Origin: Utricularia gibba
Lineage: Eukaryota > Plantae > Magnoliophyta
Length of the DNA: 64,000 nucleotides
Assembly (NCBI GenBank): GCA_002189035.1
Contig: NEEC01000012.1
Location: forward strand, 2,480,001 to 2,544,000
Direction: 5' to 3'
Below the pieces are notes generated by a model. It searched no databases and was not told where the DNA came from. It saw only the letters and a program-made list of their open reading frames with translations. This document shows positions 47,779 through 57,191 of the stretch, one piece after another (positions within the stretch are counted from its first letter, which is position 1; each line of letters begins with the position of its first letter). Both the position numbers and the translations under genes were made by a program.

Positions 47779-50670
47779 ATGATGTTCGTCGCCTGTGGCT
47801 ATCCGTCCATGGAGGCTTATTGCACTGCTTTTCCGACATGGAGCATACAGGCCCACCGCCGTTCCTCGAGTGGTTTGAGTAAATATGTGGAGATAACTCA
47901 TATAGCTCGCGACAAAGAAGGTGGTTTTGGGGGATGTAAGGCCCGATGCCATTCCAAGCTAGTGAATTTTCCCCAGAAGAATGTGAATAAGGGGAAAAAG
48001 AAGCGTTATGGGGGTGTTTTGCCCTCTATATTGAAGGCATTAGAGGCTGAGAATGATTTAGTAAAAGCCCTTGAAATGCATTGTCAGAATTTGACCCCCA
48101 AAGAGCAGACAGTGATTCTCAAAGAGCAAACTAGGTGGGAGAATACCTTGAAGGTTTTTGAGTGGTTCAAGTCTCAGACATATTATGCACCTAATGTCAT
48201 ACACTACAATGTTGTCCTGCGTTCGTTAGGCGGAGCTCAGAGATGGGATGAGTTGAGGCTCTGTTGGATCGACATGGCAAAAAACCAGGTCATTCCTACA
48301 AACAACACATACGGAATGCTTGTTGATGTGTATGGAAAAGCAGGTCTTGTGAAAGAGGCACTTCTATGGATTAAACATATGCAGTCTAGAGGGATTTTCC
48401 CGGATGAAGTCACTATGTCTACTGTAATTAAAGTTTTGAAGGATGCAAAGGAGTATGATCGGGCTGATAGGTTCTATAAGTCTTGGTGCGCAGGGAAGAT
48501 TGAACAGAAAGACCTTGATTTGGATAACTTGGGTGGTCAGCAATCTATCAGTTTCAAACAGTTTTTATCAACAGAACTTTTCCGGTCAGGTGGGCGGTCA
48601 AACTCATCAGGGGATCAGGTAAATGGGGATGACAATGGCCAGAGGATTCCTCGCCTTTCTTCTACTTATAATACTCTAATAGACATGTATGGAAAGGCTG
48701 GTCGTTTGACAGATGCTGCAGATGTTTTTTCTAGCATGTTGAAGGCGGGTGTAGAGCTGGATAACTTCACATTCAACACCATGATTCATCTTTGTGGTAG
48801 ACAGGGTTCTTTATCGGAAGCCGAGGCCTTGCTTGATAAAATGGAAGAAAGAGGGATTCTTCCGGACACAAAGACTTACAACACCTTTATTTCACTCTAC
48901 GCAGATGCTGGGAACGTTGATGCATCTCTGAGGTGCTACAGAAAGATCAGCAAGATGGGTTTGTTTCCTGATGAAGTTACTGTTAGAGCTATCCTGAAGA
49001 TATTATGTGAAAGAAATATGGTTCAGGAGGTGGAAAATTTGATCCAAGAACTGGAGGAAAGTGGTAAACGCATAGATGAAAGCTCTCTTCCATTGCTTCT
49101 TAAGATGTATCTTGATGAAGGAATGGCTGAAAGAGCCAAGTTACTCATTGATAAGTGTCGCTTAGAATTTGGATTCTCTTCTAGGACGTATGCTGCTATA
49201 ATGGATGTGTACCTAGAGAAGGGATGTTGGTCTGAAGCTGAGGCTTTGTTCATTACTAAAAGGGATGGATGTGCTCATGGTGTTTTGGAATACAATGTCA
49301 TGATCAAAGCTTATGGAAAAGCTGAGCAATATCAGAAAGCTGTTGAGCTCTTCACAAGTATGAGAAATCGGGGTCTGTGGCCAGACGAATGCACGTACAA
49401 TTCCCTCATCCAGATGCTCGCGGGGGGTGGCCTAGTGGATAATGCAAGAGTCATTTTAGCTGAAATGCAAGAAGCTGGATTTATACCATCATGTTCCACA
49501 TTCTCTGCAGTCATTTCAAGCTTAGCTAAGGAGAAGAAGCTCAGTGATGCAGTCGATGTATTCAGGGAAATGATCGGTGCAGGAGTAAAACCAAATGAAG
49601 TTACTTATGGGGTGCTAATCAATGCCTTTGTTGAGGATGGAAATACCGAAGAGGCTATGAAATATTTCCATGCTATGGAAAAGACTGGCGTTTCAGCAAA
49701 CCACATAATCCTGACGTCCATGATCAAGGCGTATGGTAAGATCGGATCAGTTGAAGGAGCAAAGCAAATGTACGATAAAATGAACAAGTTGGATGGTGGT
49801 GCCGATGTAGTGGCATCCAATTGCATGATCAATGTGTATGGAGAAAATGGAATGGTTTCTGAGGCTGAAGCAATATACGATGACTTGACACAGAAAGGTT
49901 CAGCCGATGGCTCCACATTTGCAACAATGATGCATGTTTACAAGAACATGGGAATGCTTGACCAGGCTATTGAAATCGCTAGCAAGATGAAAAGGTCTGG
50001 CCTGCTAGACAGCTCCAGCTCGTATAACAAAGTAATGGCATGCTACGCAACCAAGGGACTTCTTGTGGAATGCGGAGAGCTACTGCACGAAATGCTTGTG
50101 GAAAAGAAGCTTCCACCTGATGCTGGAACCTTCAAGGTTCTCTTCACCATGCTGAAGAAGGGTGGCTTTCCTCGAGAAGCCGTTAAGGAACTCGAATCAT
50201 CTCTCTGGGCAGGAAAGCCCTTTGCTAAGCAAGCGGCTATAACCTCTGTCTTCTCTGTACTTGGTTTGCATTCCTATGCCCTGGAGTCATGTGGGATTTT
50301 CAACAAGGATTACAGTGGTGGGGGCGTCGATGCATCTGCCTACAATGCTGCGATCCGTGCATACACAGCGTACGGGAAGATCGATCAGGCATTGAACATG
50401 TTCATGAGAATGCAGGGTGAGGGGCTAGAGCCTGACATTGTCACATTGATCAGTCTTGTGAAATGTTATGGGAAGGCCAGTATAGTTGAAGGGATAAAGA
50501 GGATACAAAGCCAGATGAAGTATGGAGCGATTGAGGCAAATGAATCCTTGTACAAGGCCATCATTGATGCTTACAAAACCGCCAACAGGAATGATCTTGC
50601 AGAAATGGCTGCCCAGGAGATGAGGCTTGCTTCTGAAACCCAACAGCTATCTCAAGAAGCTGATGAATGA
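47779..50670 (+). CDS. P-class PPR protein (resembles At1g73710), intronless, about 963 aa
   Basis: KKKRYGGVLPSIL, YAPNVIHYNVVLRSLG..WDELRLCW, TNNTYGMLVDVYGKAGLVKEALLWIKHM and many tandem 35-aa PPR repeats. First ATG 47779; the track start 47734 is GTG. Confidence 0.95.
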   Translation: MMFVACGYPSMEAYCTAFPTWSIQAHRRSSSGLSKYVEITHIARDKEGGFGGCKARCHSKLVNFPQKNVNKGKKKRYGGVLPSILKALEAENDLVKALEMHCQNLTPKEQTVILKEQTRWENTLKVFEWFKSQTYYAPNVIHYNVVLRSLGGAQRWDELRLCWIDMAKNQVIPTNNTYGMLVDVYGKAGLVKEALLWIKHMQSRGIFPDEVTMSTVIKVLKDAKEYDRADRFYKSWCAGKIEQKDLDLDNLGGQQSISFKQFLSTELFRSGGRSNSSGDQVNGDDNGQRIPRLSSTYNTLIDMYGKAGRLTDAADVFSSMLKAGVELDNFTFNTMIHLCGRQGSLSEAEALLDKMEERGILPDTKTYNTFISLYADAGNVDASLRCYRKISKMGLFPDEVTVRAILKILCERNMVQEVENLIQELEESGKRIDESSLPLLLKMYLDEGMAERAKLLIDKCRLEFGFSSRTYAAIMDVYLEKGCWSEAEALFITKRDGCAHGVLEYNVMIKAYGKAEQYQKAVELFTSMRNRGLWPDECTYNSLIQMLAGGGLVDNARVILAEMQEAGFIPSCSTFSAVISSLAKEKKLSDAVDVFREMIGAGVKPNEVTYGVLINAFVEDGNTEEAMKYFHAMEKTGVSANHIILTSMIKAYGKIGSVEGAKQMYDKMNKLDGGADVVASNCMINVYGENGMVSEAEAIYDDLTQKGSADGSTFATMMHVYKNMGMLDQAIEIASKMKRSGLLDSSSSYNKVMACYATKGLLVECGELLHEMLVEKKLPPDAGTFKVLFTMLKKGGFPREAVKELESSLWAGKPFAKQAAITSVFSVLGLHSYALESCGIFNKDYSGGGVDASAYNAAIRAYTAYGKIDQALNMFMRMQGEGLEPDIVTLISLVKCYGKASIVEGIKRIQSQMKYGAIEANESLYKAIIDAYKTANRNDLAEMAAQEMRLASETQQLSQEADE

Positions 50671-50892
50671 CATTCTTTTGTCTTTTTTTAGTTCAGAGAT
50701 GCAAAACCAGTAGTGTAACCTATTAATGTGAGGCAATTTACTTAACATATAGTTCAAGGATTAAACAGCACTCTTCAGTGTTTCAGTCAATTATTTAGTA
50801 TCCTTTTTAATGGAACTAGATCTGCACAAAGCTTGACTTGAACCGACCGGTTCTTCTTCCTCTTCCTTTCAAGAATCCCAAATGGATTTGAG

Positions 50893-51110
50893 CATAGAGA
50901 GCGTGCATACACACGTTTTCAAGAAAACCATTGGCTGTGATGAAGCTCCATCGCCATTAATGGCTTTTTCTTCTTAGGGAGATTCACCTATTCACACGGA
51001 TTCATAGAGAGCGTGCATACACACGTTTTCAAGAAAACCATTGGCTGTGTGAAGCTCCATCGCCATTAATGGCTTTTTCTTCTTAGGGAGATTGACCTAT
51101 TCACACGGAT
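50893..51110. repeat. Direct tandem duplication, two copies of a 110-bp unit
   Basis: Copy 1 from 50893 and copy 2 from 51003 both begin CATAGAGAGCGTGCATACACACG; they differ only by one A deletion and one C/G substitution. Confidence 0.95.
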
Positions 51111-51748
51111 AGAAACAACATTTATTACATGTGGGCATCTCTTTGTCGTGATGATGAAACATGGAAGACTTTTTGTACATGGTGACGTCAGGGGAACACA
51201 GTCCCACTTCAATACATTCAAGCTTAACTTGGCACCCAAGTCAGCAAAACATTTGGATAATCATGAGAATGGTATTCTCCAGCTCCAGCTCATTAAGGAT
51301 GATCACTGCTCCAAGTCTACGGTCTTCGGATGAATATTAAAACATTATATTTCCTTTCAGCTCAAACCTACCCGCTTTTTTTATGCTTTGCTTCCCGGGA
51401 TTCCCTGGTTTGAGGTTCGTTGTTTAGTGATGACGGTGATACTGCTCTGTTGCTTTTCGGTGGTTTCAAAGCTTCCTATTGGACAGGATTATGTACTGAG
51501 AATCGTTATTACAGTGCAATCATGGTTCCAGAACTCAGTTCTCTGGTTTTATTCTCTGAAACTTTCGTTCTCGTTTATCAAGGGGATCGGTTCCTCCTCA
51601 GTAATTCAATGAAACTATGGAAATCAAAGTCACCATTTCAACATCATATTTCTTACATATAATTTACTGAGCGACAAGATCAACACAGCGGTGAACACTA
51701 GTAGATAACAGAAATGCACAGGAGGGTGGTCGAATCCAGCTTCTTCAT

Positions 51749-52340
51749 TCACATGATGGTGCACTCCCCTCTGCTTTCGTACATGTTGTTGTTGCTGTAG
51801 GGAGGATAGTAGTAAGGAGGGTTGTAGGAAGTGTAGTAGAAGTAGTCAGTGTTGAGTTTCCCCATCTGCGCGCTGTGCTCCATCCCAACCCTACCCACCT
51901 CGTTCTTATCGGACTTGTACGCGCCGCCGCCCTGCTTGTCCCAGTCCCTCGCCGGCCCGACGTTGACTATCTCCGGCCGCCACGAGTTTCTGAGCTTGCC
52001 CACCACGTCCACCGCGTCAACATCCCCCACCACAACCAGTCTTTTTTCCTTCAAGTCAATATGCACAGACTCTATGCCTACAAAGTCACAGGTGCAGTTT
52101 AGAAAAGCTAGAAGATTTCTGTCACTGATATATCAACAACAACAACAACAACAAAGATAAAACAGATTCCATGTCTTGCCTTTGAGGCTGGAGACAGCCT
52201 TCATGGCCTTCTGCTTCTGTTTGGCGGTGTTGATGTCTAACTTGATCACCACTTTCTGCAATTCAAGACCCATCAAAACGAACCCACAAAAAAAACAGAA
52301 ACAGAAAGACAAAACCAGTACGCCCGCTCACCTTCATCAT
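51749..52340 (-). CDS. Heavy-metal-associated isoprenylated plant protein (HIPP39-like), 3 exons, GC-AG intron 2
   Basis: Exons 52340-52332 (MMK), 52255-52180 (KVVIKLDINTAKQKQKAMKAVSSLKG), 52077-51749 (IESVHIDLKEKRLVVVGDVDAVDVVGKLR..VGPA), C-terminal CaaX CTIM*. Confidence 0.88.
52134..52154. repeat. (CAA)7 microsatellite inside HIPP intron 2
   Basis: Seven contiguous CAA units. Confidence 0.9.
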
Positions 52341-52899
52341 CTTCAGAGTTTGAAAAGAGCTTGGGAATCGAAAAAGGGAAAAGTGCAGGGATTCTGGGGT
52401 CACTGATGTCTGCTTATATAGCAGCAAAGCCGGATGAAGTTGTGGCCAGCACTGGTCCTGCCTGTTTTGTATAAGATAAACACTGAAATATCTAAAATTG
52501 TGGTAATCCCATGACAAATATCTGCAGACACAGACGCATACATCCAGGGTTTTGTCAAAAGGAAGGTTCTTCTTACATCAGCTGTCCAAATCAGGAAGCA
52601 AAGACCTCGAGTCTTGTGGCTGATAAAATTACAGACCACATGCCCTGCCCTAATTCCCACTTCTTTAAGGAGTGGTTCAAACAACCCAACCCAACCACCT
52701 CATGATTTTTAAGTCATGTCTCGTAGAGGTGAATTCCAGTCCACGAGTGATATGTCTGAATGTTTGAAATACCACTTTCAGAATATTTAATTTCTACAAA
52801 TATCTCGATAGTTTTGGTAATTAATCATCGGAGGTAAAAATAAATAAAAAAACAAATTATTTTGGTTTTGGTGATACTGCAAGGTACATGTGATTGCAG

Positions 52900-53355
52900 T
52901 TCCGGATAAACCCGCTAGGTCATCGGGTTTAGAGTTTAGCGGGTTAACCCATCGATGACTTAGCCGATGACTCGGTACAAGTAGGATCATGATTTGATTG
53001 GTACAGGTCAATCCGTCAGGTCAAGATTTTTAAAAACCCTAATTTTTATTTTCATTCTCTACTCTTTGTTTTATTTTGTTGTATGTTTAGATTGAAAAAA
53101 TATTGGTTCTTTTTTTTTTTAATTTGATTCAAATTTTAAAAGTAGCACGGCACATGAAAAGAAACAGCAAAGAAGATTTTGAAGTGAAATAATACTCTAT
53201 TAACCAACTCAATCAACGTTAACCACAAATTGACTTGTACTCAGATCGGTTAAAGGAAAACCCATCACGGGTCAACCCGTGATGACTCATCGACCATGAA
53301 CAGACTCGGCAGGTCGGATCCGGATGGATACGGGTCCGACCCGTGCCCAACTCTA
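52900..53355. mobile_element. Candidate hAT-like non-autonomous element end (left boundary uncertain)
   Basis: Minus strand from 53355 reads TAGAGTTGGGCACGGGTCGGACCCGTATCC, with recurrent RACCCG/CGGGT subterminal words to about 52900. No matching second TIR found. Confidence 0.45.
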
Positions 53356-54923
53356 CAGTGTAACGTCATCACTAAAAGCTCACAAGTGCAATTTCGTACG
53401 GATTGGGCCGTGTGTTTTTTTGCTTTAAATGGGCCCCATTCGAACCAGTCTTGAACGTGAAGCTTTTTTTTAAATGGGCCTTGAAGAGAAACACTGAAAA
53501 TGGAGTTACATACACTTACGCTGGTAAATAGACAGGATAGCATGGTCATTAATCACTAATTATACAAAATATTAAATAAACAAATTGTTCACTTGTATCA
53601 TTTTAAATCAATAAATATATTGATTTTTTTTTCATCCATGATCATTGACACATCATAAATTTCATATTTTCCAAGAATGAATATTCAATTTATTTGAATC
53701 ATTTGATATTCTCAATGATGTATAAAAACGAGCATAATATATCTATTGTATTATCACGAATATTTTTAAAAAAATCATAATTGAATCACAATTAAATCAT
53801 AATATAAATTAAATTTAATCACAATTGAATCATTTCGAATCGCGAACGACATCGTTTTTTCGACGATTTAGAACATCGGGTTACCGTTGCCCTTCCGGTG
53901 GAAGTCGGCGGGTGAATTAGCGGTAATCGCCGGTATTAATTAACCGGCGGGGGCGGGGGGTGGACCATCCACCATAACCACCACCAGCCCCGGCCATGGG
54001 GGGTGGTGGGGGGTGCATTACCATTAATCCGATGGTACTACTACTAATCAATGCGTGTCTCCCCAGTTGTTGAGATTTCCCCTACGTTCCGAAATATTCT
54101 CCCATTCGACATTTCGCAATCCATCTTTAATACCCTCCTCCTCTCCTCTCCTCCCCTCCTATAAAAAAAAAATCACCCGGAAGGTCGTCGGAAAAAAAAC
54201 GACGGTGTTGGTGGCGGGAGGACCACGGCGGAGAAAGATAAACGTAGTTTTAGCCTTTTCCAGGGTTGATTTGGATGGAATTGAGTCCCCAACGGACTCC
54301 GGCCTGGTGGCTTAACGCCAAGGGTTTTCGGTTAAGTTGCACTTTCAGAGGATTAATTACGCCCGCTAACCCCAATTTATTAGCGTTAAACGTCGATTAT
54401 ATTCCCACTGGATGATTTGGACACCCATGTTTCCACTAATAACACACCCCCTTTTTTTAATTCTATATTTTATTTTCTTATTTTATTTGGATAATAAAAT
54501 GAATACCCACATGGCACGCACGTACCCCTCCCATTCCTCCACACTCTCTTTCGTACACATTCTAAAAATATAATTTTCATAAAATAGTGACGATTCATAT
54601 TGTTCATAATATATAGTTTCCGTAGTGTCGAACGGTTTATATAAAAAAAAAAATCTTTTTTTGATAATAAAATTATTTTTAAAATGATTATAATAAATAT
54701 AGAGGGAGTTATGATGCATTGTGAATTGGAATTACTAAAATTGGGGAAAAAATATCATGGATTAAAATGCATGAGAAAAGAAAGAAGGTACAAAGGAGAA
54801 GGGTTTAGTTGTATACCAAAACCAGCTTCCTAATCCCGCTAAATGTCTAAAGTATACCCCCAACGTAGCCGAGTGTGTTTTCCGATGCCGGAAACGGCGG
54901 TGGCCGGAGAGAACGGCCGTCTG

Positions 54924-57191
54924 TTATCCGGCGAGGTCGTGAAGGAGTTGAGCCCCCATCAAGTTTCTGTAAGGAAGTGCCTGGTTTTCTGAATCCAGCA
55001 ACGAGTACTGCTCCGTCTGGCAGTCTTCAATCTGCTCTCTACTGTAGAAAAGCGAGGTCGGAGCCGCGGCAGAAGGAAACCCAATTCCGCTGCCGCTGGC
55101 TCCGCCGTGCTGGTGAAGTCCAAGTGTTAAGGAAACCCCACCGCCGCCGCTGCTTTGGAAACCGATCGCTCCCCCCGGGGTGTCGTTCATGTAGGGGACG
55201 GCGGAGGCGGGGTGGTGGGCGTGCTGCCAGTCGAGCTCCATGGCGTTGTAAGAGTTGATAAAGGCTTGCTGTTCATTGAGGAGACCCTTGTTCTTTCTCA
55301 AATCATGCTTCTCTTGGGAACCGAGTATGGACGTTAAGCATTCCGAGTCTATTCGGACAAGCTGATCCTGCGTCGGCTTCTGATCCTCCATTCCTTGCTG
55401 GTTCTGACAATCCATGTTTGCCCCTCCGATGTCTGCTGCACCTTCGTTCTCCTTCAGTTCCTCAAGGTACATCTCTTCCACCATTGGCTTCCATAGCCTC
55501 ACCCTCGCGTTGATAAACCAGTTGGAAACCTATAGAAAACACCATGCAGATTAACCAAAATTACTATCATGTAAAAGTTGAATTCATTCACCGTAAAAAA
55601 AAAAATATAGACTGGCCTGGCTGCGAGAAAGCCCAGTTTGGCGAGCAAGGATGTGCTTATCTACGTCACAAGGGTACCTACAGCAGAATCCAAGATGACT
55701 TAGTCGAAAAACGACGATGGATCAACGTGAAACTGAAATTTCATCTGGTAAAAAGTGTGTTACGGGTGTAAAAAATGTTCGAAAAGCCAAGCTCGGAGAA
55801 CGGAGACAGCCCGTTCGGGGAGGCCACGCTGGGGGCGCCATGGGTGGCTGTCCATCAAGCTCATCTGTTGAAGAGCTCTTTGTTGCCTGAGTGTTTGATC
55901 AAGGAGTCGCAGTCTCGGGGTCTCCCCTTTGGTGGTCCCCGGAGCGGCCGCGTCCTTGTCTCCAATGGCCTTCTTCGTCGCTCTTATTTGGCTCACGATT
56001 CCGTCTCTCAGACATCGGAAGTGCCGCGACATCGCCTTGGACGCCATCGCCGAATAAACGGTGGCCCCCCCGGTTCCGGCGACTGCCTCGAAGGACGACA
56101 CAACGCCTCTCATCTGATCACAGTAGTACTTGTACCGTCGATCCACCTGAAGAACAATAAGGATGGTTAAAAAAAAGGTGATGGCAGAAAAATGTACAGA
56201 ATAAAAAGGGAGAATTGGGGTTCAAAATTTAATGGAACTCTTGAATGGTCACCATGTGAGCATTGAATAATGAAGAGTTCTTCACCTCTGATTAGTTCAG
56301 ATTTTTAACTGCACTTTCACCTGGTAAAAAGTATGCAGTATGTGAAATTACGAGCGGTTTTTTGGTATTCGGATACGTACCTCGACCATCATTTGAAGAA
56401 GCTTTGTTTTTCTTCTCTGCAACTCGAGGAGATCGAGTGAGTAAAGTGACTGTTTCTTGATGATGACTTCTTCTTGGTGCTCTATGGGTTTTTGGCCCTT
56501 GAGTCTGAGAGAGTTCTCCATGATCTCTTTAGTGTCGAGACTGCAGAATTCGTTGAGAAGCTCCTGTGCCGGAGAGAGATATCGGGAGTTTTTCAGGACA
56601 GAGTGAGCCTCAAAAACTTGAGGCGGCGGATTTAAAGACCGGGAGCTGGATGGTCCGAATCGCATATCTTGTCGGAGCTCAAAGTGCTGTAAGCCGATGG
56701 TGGAGGGATTCGAAGAGCTTAAGGAAAGTGAAAGGCCTTGGCTGGGGCGCTCGTTACCTTCGCATGGGAAAACACAGCTGCTTAAAGAATGATCGTCGCC
56801 CGGATAAACGCTCGGCTTGAGCTTTGCTGAGGGTGGTGGCTCCACGGCGGTGGAGAATCAATCAGCGTTTCATGGTTGTTCTGATCGGAGATGCCTCTGA
56901 AATCATGGTGATAAAACCCCGACGAACCCGGTTCATTCAACGTATCCTTACCGGCCGACTGGCTTCCTCCCCCGTTGTAGGCGCCACCCCCGCCGCCGCC
57001 GCTTTACTGAACAACTCCTTCCACATCACGGCAGCGGGCTCTCCTTGCTTCGCCTGAAATCCTATCATTTCCATGCCGGCGGTTAAGTTATAGATCTCCG
57101 GCGGCGCCGCCTCGAAGCCCACCAAATGGGGATTCTGATTTCCGGGGAACGAACCGTTCCCGTAACCGAACCCCGCCCTCTCCTCACCCAT
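54924..57191 (-). CDS. BEL1: BEL1-type TALE homeodomain protein, 4 exons, two apparent frameshifts in exon 1, GC-AG intron 3
   Basis: Exons 57191-56381, 56146-55764, 55677-55617, 55529-54924. [55 protein letters not shown] region, [63 protein letters not shown]. Confidence 0.9.
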
